A stretch of DNA of 64,000 nt from the NCBI GenBank assembly GCA_041665145.1, contig JBAYJK010000002.1:232339-296338 (forward strand). The letters are read 5' to 3'. A program made the translations under genes and the position numbers. Source of the stretch: Patescibacteria group bacterium (GTDB lineage Bacteria > Patescibacteriota > Microgenomatia > UBA1406). The notes under the pieces were generated by a model that did not search any database, was not told where the DNA came from, and worked only from the letters and a program-made list of their open reading frames with translations. Each line of letters begins with the position of its first letter. Position 1 is the first letter of the stretch. Of this stretch, positions 46,267 to 54,494 are shown piece after piece.

Positions 46267-46839
46267 CTATTTGTCCTCTAAGCTTAGAGTTCTCCGTATT
46301 TCATAGAGTGCTATTCCCGTGGATACAACCACATTGAGGGATTTGTTGATACCGTACATCGGAAGTTCGACAACAATGTCCGCAAGCTCTATCACCTCTT
46401 GCTTGACACCAAAGGTTTCATTGCCGGATATCAATGCGATATTTTGTTGTACGGGCAAGGCATGCCTTGCCCCTACGTTCCCCATTCTCATCCCTAATTC
46501 ATCAATTGAAATCGATTTCTCGTTCTGTTCCAGCACAATAATCGTATAACCTTCGACTTTCAGACTTTTGACAAGTGCCAGAATGTCTTGTTTGTATTCC
46601 CACGGAATATAGTTCACCAGCCCGACCGAGGCACGGACTATTTTCGGATCAGGCGGTACGGGAGTTTGTCCGCAATGATAGACTTTGGTCACCCCCGCCG
46701 CATCGGAAACCCGATACATACCACCCACATTGAATGTGTCGTACACATCGTCAAGAATGAGTATAAAATTACCGTTTTCTTTTGGAGTGCTCGGACTTTT
46801 TTGTATGTCCCCTTTTCTGAGAGATCGTGCAAACGCCAT
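46267..46839 (-). CDS. SpoU/TrmH-family RNA 2'-O-methyltransferase carrying an in-frame REP hairpin
   Basis: Motifs LILDDVYDTFNVGGMYRVSDAAGV and LISGNETFGV…ELPMYGINKSLNVVVSTGIALYE. The insertion reads MGNVGARHALPVQQN. Confidence 0.88.
   Translation of the reverse strand: MAFARSLRKGDIQKSPSTPKENGNFILILDDVYDTFNVGGMYRVSDAAGVTKVYHCGQTPVPPDPKIVRASVGLVNYIPWEYKQDILALVKSLKVEGYTIIVLEQNEKSISIDELGMRMGNVGARHALPVQQNIALISGNETFGVKQEVIELADIVVELPMYGINKSLNVVVSTGIALYEIRRTLSLEDK
46449..46476 (-). repeat. REP-like hairpin R4 inside the SpoU methyltransferase gene
   Basis: GTAC-GGGCAAGGCATGCCTTGCCC-CTAC, with a perfect 20-nt palindrome at 46453-46472. The minus strand reads GTAGGGGCAAGGCATGCCTTGCCCGTAC and encodes VGARHALPV. 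Confidence 0.8.
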
Positions 46840-47383
46840 GATTTAATTGTAAACTGAAAACTGTAAACTGAAAATTACTTATCGCATAGGCGATAAGTAT
46901 CCCTATTATAGCACCCGCAAGCACATCCCCTGCATAATGTACCCCCAAATACAGGCGCGAGAATGATATCAGGCCGGCTAATGTATAAAATAGCGCTTTC
47001 TTCTTCCTATGGTAGAAAGTTAACAACGTAGCAGCAAAAAAGGATGTTGCCGCGTGGGTTGAAGGAAACGAATAATCCGCGGGTTTGGCAATCGCATTCG
47101 CAAAAGACGGACGGGAACGATGAACAACCGGTTTAATAACAAAACTGGTGAGTACCGCAGTGACAATCAAGCCACCCAGGAAAAACAGGACAAACTCATG
47201 ATGCTTTTTTTCTTCAATGACAATAAGTATTATTCCCAACACTATCCAGATAACAGAAAATGATCCTACGGCAGAAAAGAACATAAAAAAAAGATTAGTT
47301 ATATAGGCGTGAGGTAAAAGATTATAAAGAAATTGAGTAATTAACTGATCAAGAATAAGCATAATACAACCATTGACTATCAA
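46769..47383 (-). CDS. PAP2-family phosphatase (undecaprenyl-diphosphatase/lipid phosphatase-like)
   Basis: PAP2 motifs RSRPS, FPSTHAA and SRLYLGVHYAGDV. The last ~35 codons read through a word-repeat spacer and overlap the SpoU gene start by 71 nt. Confidence 0.85.
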   Translation of the reverse strand: MIVNGCIMLILDQLITQFLYNLLPHAYITNLFFMFFSAVGSFSVIWIVLGIILIVIEEKKHHEFVLFFLGGLIVTAVLTSFVIKPVVHRSRPSFANAIAKPADYSFPSTHAATSFFAATLLTFYHRKKKALFYTLAGLISFSRLYLGVHYAGDVLAGAIIGILIAYAISNFQFTVFSLQLNHGVCTISQKRGHTKKSEHSKRKR

Positions 47384-47401
47384 CTAGTGACTATTAACTA
47401 T

Positions 47402-50400
47402 TCACGACTGGTTCTTCGAATCATCCATCTTCATTTCCTGCACCGGGAGCTCTGCTGTTACCGCCGGTTCTTTAGCTGTCGCCGGCAATTCTACATACTC
47501 GATTGCTTTTTCTTCAAGCATTTTCTTGAGTTCTTCCTCTTTCAAGAGGGCTTCACTTACTTCCTGAGCAGCTGCAAGCTTGGCTTTCAAGTACATGGCA
47601 ATGTCCTGAATAGTCATATCGGTCAACATAAAGAACGGAATAATATCGGAGACGGCAGTAAGTCCTTGCGCTTTAATTTCTTCGTTTGCTGACACGAGCT
47701 TGTTCAAGACGTTGGTGAGTATTACCGCATCCCGTTGTACCCAGACAATGCGAGAAGTTATTTCTTTGGTAAATGGTACTTCTCCATTTGTATAGTGTTC
47801 TATCCACATGCGTTTGAGCTCTTCATATTCGTCAATACCCATAGTTTTGGGTGTCGCGATCATTTTTCCAGAATCAAGTATTTTTGACCTCAAATTCACT
47901 CCCTTATCGAGCGGTTTCTTTCCGCGATCGGCCAGCGCAGCCGGTCGAAGTGCTTGTTGCACGAGCTGTTGTGTTTCCTTAACAGTTGTTTTCTCATTAG
48001 TTTTCTCTGTAAGCTTCTCCAGCATTCTTTCAACAGTTTCTTTAGTGGTTTCTGTTGCTTTTACGAGCGTTGAGATTACGTTTGCCGGCTGCTGTGTTGT
48101 GACGACCTGTGGAATTTTTTGTATAACCGCCTGTATAACATCCGCTTTCATTCCCGATGCTTGTGCAATGCTTTCCACAGCCACCTGGTCCACGGCAACG
48201 GCGGCAAGAGCCGATTGTAATGTTTGCACCAGTCCTTCGGGCTTCTGGTGCGTTTCTGCAGCTATGGACTGCAAGGTGGTTACCCCCGCCGCTTCGGTGA
48301 GCGTTGAATTTACTTTTTCAATTACATCCTTCACTATATCTGTTGTTGTGTTTTGAGATGTCGCAATACCGGTAAGAACTTCTTTGGAAAGTGCGCTTTC
48401 CGTTATTTTTTTAACAACTTGGGTAACCGTTTCTTTTTCTATATTGGTCTTCTCGGAAAGCACAGTCAGCATGTCTCGGGGTGTTGTTGTCGCACTGACC
48501 TCTGATAATGTCGTAAGAATACGTGCAACATCCGGTGTCGAGACATGTGTGATCTCAGACACTCTGGACAACAGTTGTTGATCGTTAGAGACACCCGTTG
48601 TCCATAGGTCCAGAATTTTTTGCACGTTGGAAACGGTAGATTTGGTTTCGGTTGAAACTGCGTCTGTCGTATTCATCAGCGACAATTCCTGATGAGATAA
48701 CTGTTGGATTTTTTCCTGGACAGCCTCGGTTGACTTATTGACCAATTGCTTATATTCCTGTGCAGACTGAGTGTTGGATTGCTCAGCCTTAACGATTGTT
48801 GTTTGTGCGCGGGCAATATCTGAAAGCTTTTGAATTTGGATATCCATGCGTTTCAAAATACTTTCGAATTCCTGCCTGTTGATGCCTTGATTTATAACAA
48901 CGGTTTTTGCTGACATGCCTGCAAATGACGAAACGTCAGCGGGCGAAGTAACTTCGCCCCTACTTGTGTTTTCATTGAATTGCGATTCTTGACTCGCGAC
49001 TCGCGACTCGCGACTCTTGGTCTGGACGTCTTCGATTTCCTGTTCGAGTTGCATTGTTTGCTCTTTAACCCCCTCGGCTTGCTGTTCTACATCCACAAAC
49101 TGTTCCTCGACTTTGTTACCCATTGCCTGCTGAACTTCTTCAACCGCCCCCATCTTGTTCTGGATTTCTTGTGCAGCAGAAACCTTCGCCTTCAAATATG
49201 CTGCGATATCCTGCATACTCATATTACCGAGCATGAAGAATGGAATAACATCGGCAACTTCTTGCAATCCTTCGGCACGAACTTCTTCGTTATCGGAAAT
49301 GAGCTTGTTAAGCGTATTGTTTAACGAGACCACATCTTTCTCAACCCAATCTTTACGCGTTTTAATTGTGTCACTGAGTGGTATCTCTCCCTTTTCATAA
49401 TGGTCGGTCCACATCTTCTTAACTTCCTCGTATTCATCTATCGACATTGTCTGTGGCCGAGCGATAAGCTCTGCGGGAGCGCTTACTTTCTGTGTAGCCG
49501 GCTTAGACAGCACTTCTTGTGCCACTTTCTTGACCTGATCGATATTGGTTTTTGTTTGCGATGCAATTCGTTCTGCTACCGCTGTTGTCTGTACATGCTC
49601 GGCAGCTTTTGTAAGAATTGTTGTTGCTTTGTCTGTAGTGATTCCTGCCGTTTGTGCTACCGATTTGATAACCTCCGACTGCTTCGACTCCTCGACCGCT
49701 TTCGGTATTGATTGCAACACTTGTGACGTTTGAGAATCCGAAACATGTGCATTATTGGCAATGTTGTTAACAACCTTCTTGTCACCTACAACGTCGTTTA
49801 CCATGGATTGCGTGATGTTTTTGACCTCGTTCTGGGATATGTTCACGTGTTGTGAAATATTCTGAATATTCGTTACCGTTTGTGCCTTATTCTGGGCAAA
49901 TTGCTGAATCGCCTGACGCACGCTTGTTGCCGTACTTGTTGTCGCATTGAGGAATTGTTGTGCATTCACATCACCCTTAACTGCCCGTTCGGACATTTCG
50001 GTCTTCAGTTTAATAAATTGAGACCGTTCTTCCTTACTTTCAGCTGCCATCGGATTGCGCATCTTTTCCATAAACTCACGCACGTATTCTTTTCGGTCTG
50101 TCTTTGTTTCAAACCGGGCAATATCCGAAAGCTTTTCGATCTGGACATCCATACGCCGAGTAATCTCGGACACATCCATTTGTTTCATATTTTGCATGTT
50201 TTCGATTGCCGATGTGGCACGCATACCTTGTGAGACTGCCTGCTCGTGCGGTATCTGCATTTTCTGTGAGAAGGATTGTTTTGGAATATTCGCAGGTCCT
50301 ATCGGTCCCGGTGTTGGTCCGTGACTCTGTTGTTCCAACATGTTTAAGAGTATGTTTTTCATGGCGTAAATACCTTCGCAACAATAATCTCTGAATATTC

Positions 50401-51475
50401 TCAGAAGCCACCACGGAAGAATCATAACTACCCACAACATAACAAGGGAAATAACGTACTCTGCAAACGTGTCGACATAGTTCGAGGTATTGATCGATCC
50501 GTCAGTTGATGATAACGGAGCACCCTGCGCACCCGGAGCTTGCTGCGGACCACCGTAAAGGATATTGATACTTAATGGATATACGACTTTGTCAGTTGAA
50601 CTTGCCGTAGTGCCGTTCAAAATACGGTAGAAATTAAACCTGAACGGAATTCCTGCTGACCAGATTGCAGTCAATGAACCCAGAAAAAGTGCAAATAACG
50701 GTCCGTAAAAAGCCCATTGAAAGAAAACCCCGATCCAGATCCACCCGGTATTTCTGATAAGCCGAAACGGAATAAGAAGTGCCAAAAACGGAGCGACAAT
50801 AAGCAAAAACCACAGAACAATTTTACGCAGTACAACCACAATTCCCATGACGAAGTAGGTATAAGAAGATACATCGATCAGAAACCAGGATGTTTTCACC
50901 ATTTCTTGCTTCAACGGATCAAAATCCCGATAACCCACAAAGTTTCGATACCCGTCCTCGCTGGTTGCGGCAAAGAAGATGCGGAAGAGTTTATCCGCAT
51001 TCAGCAATTTGATAAAAAATTGCATAAGAATATCCGTTGCCTGCATAAGACCAAGCACAATCCAGTATGAAAATGCGGTGTACACCAGAAGCAGTACAAC
51101 CTTCCAGAGAATCGGTGCGATGTCGACTTTAATTGAAATATCACGCTTTCGGGCAACCAGAACTCCTACACCCATCAGTATGACCGTTAGAAGAATCAGA
51201 AAGAACGTAACACCTGACGAGATAAGCCACACCTGGCGAAAAACTGCATGATTGTCGATGGAGGGATGAGTTAATATCCAATTTACAAATTGACGCGCAC
51301 GCTCTGCTCGCTTCCCGACTTCGGTCGTCACCGGGTCAAAACGCCATGCAGAAACTCCCGGTGCATCGGTGGGCATGGGAGTGATTTGTGCATAGACGTT
51401 ACCGGCACAAGACAGGAGTAACAAAAAGAACAAAATACCACTAAAAATACGTTTCTTCACCATTACTAACATCAT
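47402..51475 (-). CDS. 1357-aa membrane protein: VirB6/TrbL-like polytopic N-domain plus long repetitive hydrophilic C-terminal extension
   Basis: Signal peptide (…GNVYAQ) and about 7 TM helices in the first ~390 aa, with Trp/Phe-rich loops (IRNTGWIWIGVFFQWAFYGPLF). About 950 aa of Gln/Glu/Thr-rich sequence follow, containing a duplicated ~110-aa module. The VirB6/TrbL call is pattern-based only. Confidence 0.45.
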   Translation of the reverse strand: MMLVMVKKRIFSGILFFLLLLSCAGNVYAQITPMPTDAPGVSAWRFDPVTTEVGKRAERARQFVNWILTHPSIDNHAVFRQVWLISSGVTFFLILLTVILMGVGVLVARKRDISIKVDIAPILWKVVLLLVYTAFSYWIVLGLMQATDILMQFFIKLLNADKLFRIFFAATSEDGYRNFVGYRDFDPLKQEMVKTSWFLIDVSSYTYFVMGIVVVLRKIVLWFLLIVAPFLALLIPFRLIRNTGWIWIGVFFQWAFYGPLFALFLGSLTAIWSAGIPFRFNFYRILNGTTASSTDKVVYPLSINILYGGPQQAPGAQGAPLSSTDGSINTSNYVDTFAEYVISLVMLWVVMILPWWLLRIFRDYCCEGIYAMKNILLNMLEQQSHGPTPGPIGPANIPKQSFSQKMQIPHEQAVSQGMRATSAIENMQNMKQMDVSEITRRMDVQIEKLSDIARFETKTDRKEYVREFMEKMRNPMAAESKEERSQFIKLKTEMSERAVKGDVNAQQFLNATTSTATSVRQAIQQFAQNKAQTVTNIQNISQHVNISQNEVKNITQSMVNDVVGDKKVVNNIANNAHVSDSQTSQVLQSIPKAVEESKQSEVIKSVAQTAGITTDKATTILTKAAEHVQTTAVAERIASQTKTNIDQVKKVAQEVLSKPATQKVSAPAELIARPQTMSIDEYEEVKKMWTDHYEKGEIPLSDTIKTRKDWVEKDVVSLNNTLNKLISDNEEVRAEGLQEVADVIPFFMLGNMSMQDIAAYLKAKVSAAQEIQNKMGAVEEVQQAMGNKVEEQFVDVEQQAEGVKEQTMQLEQEIEDVQTKSRESRVASQESQFNENTSRGEVTSPADVSSFAGMSAKTVVINQGINRQEFESILKRMDIQIQKLSDIARAQTTIVKAEQSNTQSAQEYKQLVNKSTEAVQEKIQQLSHQELSLMNTTDAVSTETKSTVSNVQKILDLWTTGVSNDQQLLSRVSEITHVSTPDVARILTTLSEVSATTTPRDMLTVLSEKTNIEKETVTQVVKKITESALSKEVLTGIATSQNTTTDIVKDVIEKVNSTLTEAAGVTTLQSIAAETHQKPEGLVQTLQSALAAVAVDQVAVESIAQASGMKADVIQAVIQKIPQVVTTQQPANVISTLVKATETTKETVERMLEKLTEKTNEKTTVKETQQLVQQALRPAALADRGKKPLDKGVNLRSKILDSGKMIATPKTMGIDEYEELKRMWIEHYTNGEVPFTKEITSRIVWVQRDAVILTNVLNKLVSANEEIKAQGLTAVSDIIPFFMLTDMTIQDIAMYLKAKLAAAQEVSEALLKEEELKKMLEEKAIEYVELPATAKEPAVTAELPVQEMKMDDSKNQS
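48991..49018 (-). repeat. heptamer array GACTCGC x3 + GACTCTT, translated (SRESRVASQES)
   Basis: Perfect tandem copies at 48991-48997, 48998-49004 and 49005-49011. The same word family occurs in argS, at 53418-53440 and at 58143-58199. Confidence 0.85.
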
Positions 51476-51502
51476 ACATAATTTTCAGTATGAAGTCATG
51501 AA

Positions 51503-51591
51503 GTCATTGCGAGCGCAGCGAAGCAATCCAGAATAAGTACAAGAATAATTACGAGATTGCTTCGGCCGGTTCTATCGAGCCTCGCAATGAC
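51503..51591. repeat. nested inverted repeat between argS and the VirB6-like gene
   Basis: GTCATTGCGAG (51503-51513) pairs with CTCGCAATGAC (51581-51591). The inner CGAAGCAATC (51519-51528) pairs with GATTGCTTCG (51555-51564). Confidence 0.75.
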
Positions 51592-51596
51592 AATTT

Positions 51597-53399
51597 TTAC
51601 ATTCTTTCGACAGTCCGGATTCCCAAAAGATACAAGCCATTTTTGAGAACTTGTGAGACTGCTTGAGTAAGATTTATACGAAGTTCCATTTGCTCCCCAC
51701 TTAATATGGAATGTTTGTTGTAAAACGTATTAAACGTCTGGGCAAGTTCGTTTAAATATACCGCAACAAAATGAGGGTCATAACTCTTTGTCGCTGTTTC
51801 AACAACTTCAGGAAATTTGGCAAGAGCTTTAAGGATAGCGAGTTCTTCGTTGTTGTATTCGTATGCATGTGTCGCGGGTCTCGCGTCTTGGGTCTCGCGT
51901 CTTGGTTCCTTAGACTCGTGACTCGTGACTCGTGACTCAGGACTCTTTCTTAACACACTCTTACATCGTGCGTAGGTATATTGCAAATACGGACCAGAAT
52001 CTCCGCTCATTGAAACGCTTGAGGTAATATCAAATGCTAAGTATTTAAATGCACTCATTTTAAGAAACGAATACTTGACTGCTGCTAATGCGATCGCATC
52101 AACATCACTTTCTGGTAAAACTGATTTATTCTCCACAATTACCTTGGCAATTGCTTTGTGTGCTTCATCGAGAATCAACTCTGCTGTAACCACCTGACCT
52201 TTTCGTGAAGACATTTTCCCGCTTTTCAAACCGACAAACTCATATGCGTTGTGGTATTGCTTTCCCTTGAACAATTCCGGGTTCAAAAGCTCTTCAACTT
52301 TGAAGGTTACCTCGAAAAAACTTTTTTGCTCTACCGCGACGTTATGAACACACAAATCTATGTGGCCAAAGTCTTTAAACTCCATTTGTGCAAGACCAAG
52401 TTCTTTACCCTCGTACGTCGGCAGCCCTTCACTGTTAAGAAAAACCCTCGTATCGAGTTTATACGGCTCGCCGTTAAAAATAATCGCTCCCTTACTTTTG
52501 ACAAGAATTCCTTTTTTAATAGCTTCTTCGTTTTGTACTTTGGCAACTTCCAATGTTTCGCTTTCAAGATATTCCCGCTCGAAATGACTATCAAGACGAT
52601 CATAAATTTGGTGAAACTTTTCCAAACTCCACTTTACTCCGAGCTTCCACAATTCATGAACCTCTCCTTCCTTTTCCGTATATATCTTCTTGTTAACTTC
52701 GATGATTTCTTTTTTATTTTCCTCACTTTCTTCAAAGGCTTTTGCCCCCTCAACATAACATTCGGATAATAATTTGACACGTGCATCGGGCGAATCAAGA
52801 TTCGCCCCTACAACGTCCCCGTTTCGAATTTCGAATTTCGAATTTCGAATTTTCTTTTGCAACGCCCACACACATTTGGCAACATGCATTCCAACGTCAC
52901 CCTGGTAGTTCGTCCGTATGACTGTGGCTCCCGATGCCTCTAGAAGTCTGGCAATGGACACTCCTAAACAAAAATTTCTCAAATGTCCAATATGCATGAC
53001 TTTAAACGGGTTCGGATGCCCGTATTCGACCATAATTTTCTTATTCTTCAGCTCGGAATTCTGCCCATAGTTATCATTCTGAGCAAGAACCTCCTGTACA
53101 ACCTTGCTGTACGCTTCAGGCTTCAGGAAGAAATTTATGTATCCCGGCTTTGCTACCTCCACTCGAGCTACATGAAGGGTTGAACCCTTCATGCCATTAG
53201 AAAAAGATAGGTTTAGCTTGTCAACAAGAGCTGCAGCGAGTTGCATTGGATTCGTCTTGACGTGACGGGCTAAAATCATGGCAATATTCGTCGAATAATC
53301 TCCGTGAGCAACTTCAGGAGACACAAAGACCTCTATTAAAGAATGAAATTCTGCATCAACAACCTGTTTTAATAGATCAATTATCTGCTGTTTGAACAT
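51597..53399 (-). CDS. argS: arginyl-tRNA synthetase with three in-frame repeat insertions
   Basis: 600 aa with the HIGH motif as MHIGH and the KMSKS-equivalent GKMSSRKG. The N-terminal Arg_tRNA_synt_N-like region and a C-terminal DALR-like anticodon-binding region ending in M are present. Confidence 0.94.
   Translation of the reverse strand: MFKQQIIDLLKQVVDAEFHSLIEVFVSPEVAHGDYSTNIAMILARHVKTNPMQLAAALVDKLNLSFSNGMKGSTLHVARVEVAKPGYINFFLKPEAYSKVVQEVLAQNDNYGQNSELKNKKIMVEYGHPNPFKVMHIGHLRNFCLGVSIARLLEASGATVIRTNYQGDVGMHVAKCVWALQKKIRNSKFEIRNGDVVGANLDSPDARVKLLSECYVEGAKAFEESEENKKEIIEVNKKIYTEKEGEVHELWKLGVKWSLEKFHQIYDRLDSHFEREYLESETLEVAKVQNEEAIKKGILVKSKGAIIFNGEPYKLDTRVFLNSEGLPTYEGKELGLAQMEFKDFGHIDLCVHNVAVEQKSFFEVTFKVEELLNPELFKGKQYHNAYEFVGLKSGKMSSRKGQVVTAELILDEAHKAIAKVIVENKSVLPESDVDAIALAAVKYSFLKMSAFKYLAFDITSSVSMSGDSGPYLQYTYARCKSVLRKSPESRVTSHESKEPRRETQDARPATHAYEYNNEELAILKALAKFPEVVETATKSYDPHFVAVYLNELAQTFNTFYNKHSILSGEQMELRINLTQAVSQVLKNGLYLLGIRTVERM
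51877..51946 (-). repeat. tandem arrays inside argS: 14-mer x2 + heptamer x5
   Basis: GTCTCGCGTCTTGG at 51877-51890 and 51891-51904. GACTCGT x3 (51912-51932) is followed by GACTCAG and GACTCTT. The region encodes KSPESRVTSHESKEPRRETQDARP. Confidence 0.85.
52788..52811 (-). repeat. REP-like hairpin R5 inside argS
   Basis: GGGCGAATC-aa-GATTCGCCC-CTAC. The minus strand reads GTAGGGGCGAATCTTGATTCGCCC and encodes VGANLDSP. Confidence 0.8.
52822..52849 (-). repeat. heptamer array TTTCGAA x4 inside argS
   Basis: Four perfect copies, one substitution away from the TTTCGGA arrays in gdh and trxB. It encodes IRNSKFEIRN and lies 10 nt from REP R5. Confidence 0.85.
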
Positions 53400-53405
53400 G
53401 TGACA

Positions 53406-53414
53406 ATTATAGCA
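53406..53414 (-). promoter_or_regulatory. extended -10 box TGCTATAAT 6 nt upstream of the argS ATG
   Basis: The minus strand reads ttttTGCTATAATtgtcacATG. The identical 9-mer precedes leuS at 4116-4124, 8 nt from that ATG. Confidence 0.5.
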
Positions 53415-53581
53415 AAAAGTCGCGAGTCACGAGTCTAAGAGTCTAAAGGTCTGAATGTCTGATTGTCTGAAAGTCTTGTAACAATAATAGCCAGGCTGCG
53501 AAGATACCAATTTTCGGCGACTTGGGGAAACTAAGGGGCCCCCACGGAGCGTAGAAAACTGGGTATCGAGCTGCCTACAAA

Positions 53582-54472
53582 CTATGATTGTTCTCTTTTA
53601 ATTACTTTTATATTCGGCAGCGCGGCTGAAGCAACGATCAAGACCCCACCGATAATCGTACCGATTCCGAGTGTTTCACCGAAGAACATAATTCCGAATG
53701 TTACACCGAAAAGTATTTCCGCAAGCCCGATAAGACTTCCGATGCTCGCATCAAGGTATTTAAATCCTTCAATAACAGCCCAATTGGCAAGAAGCATTGC
53801 AGTAGCATATCCCAGTTGTGCCAACCAGGGGATCGATATGGCAAGTGACGGAAGCGGGTCGTGAAGGACAATTCCCAGAAAACCGTTTACTACAATCATG
53901 ACAATAAAATACCCTGCCATAATCTGGAATTCCGGATACTCACCAGACAATTTCTTCGGCATAACCGCTGCAGTCGCTCCCAATAATCCGGCAATCATCG
54001 TGAGAGCTGCCGGAATAAATTGATCGGGAGTGAGGGAAAACCGGTATACCGCACCGATTCCGATAAGTGCTAGAGCAAGACTTATAAGTTTTATTCCTGT
54101 TATCTTTTCCCGAAAAACGAGTTTTCCGATCACATATCCCCCAACAACCAGCGCAGCATAAAAAAGCATGGTCGCCGTACCGATGCTGAGATATTTAAAA
54201 CCGATAAAATATGGAGCCTGATTCAGTCCTCCGGCAAGCGCTATCCCAATAAACCACGGCCAGTCTTTTTTTTGTATTTTCTTGAAAATTCTAAATCGAA
54301 AATTGAGAATTAAGATACATGCAAGCAACATCGCTCCTCTTGTCCATGCCTGAGAAAATTCTCCGAACGAACTACTCATCAGTCGGGACCAGATTCCGTA
54401 CGTTCCATAGAAGAACGCCGAAACGAGTATAAAAGTTGTCCCTTTGTTTTTCATACGCTTGATTATAATCAA
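53582..54472 (-). CDS. EamA/DMT-superfamily transporter
   Basis: 296 aa with 10 hydrophobic helices in two EamA-like halves. The alternative start MKNKGTTF is at 54454. Confidence 0.8.
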   Translation of the reverse strand: MIIIKRMKNKGTTFILVSAFFYGTYGIWSRLMSSSFGEFSQAWTRGAMLLACILILNFRFRIFKKIQKKDWPWFIGIALAGGLNQAPYFIGFKYLSIGTATMLFYAALVVGGYVIGKLVFREKITGIKLISLALALIGIGAVYRFSLTPDQFIPAALTMIAGLLGATAAVMPKKLSGEYPEFQIMAGYFIVMIVVNGFLGIVLHDPLPSLAISIPWLAQLGYATAMLLANWAVIEGFKYLDASIGSLIGLAEILFGVTFGIMFFGETLGIGTIIGGVLIVASAALPNIKVIKREQS

Positions 54473-54494
54473 GGTACCTGATAATGTATACTTG

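Noticed and set aside
47387-51251. Numerous plus-strand ORFs antisense to the 1357-aa gene (47808..48356, 48980..49324, 49400..49711, 49880..50233, 50717..51070, etc.).
   Set aside because: They are shadow frames of a long Gln/Glu/Thr-rich gene with Cys/Phe/Leu-rich nonsense composition.
53476-53581. A possible tRNA or other known RNA gene in the only word-free spacer.
   Set aside because: There is no cloverleaf, no GTTCGAATC-type T-loop and no RNase P, SRP or tmRNA signature that I can recognise. It is kept only as a low-interest unknown.
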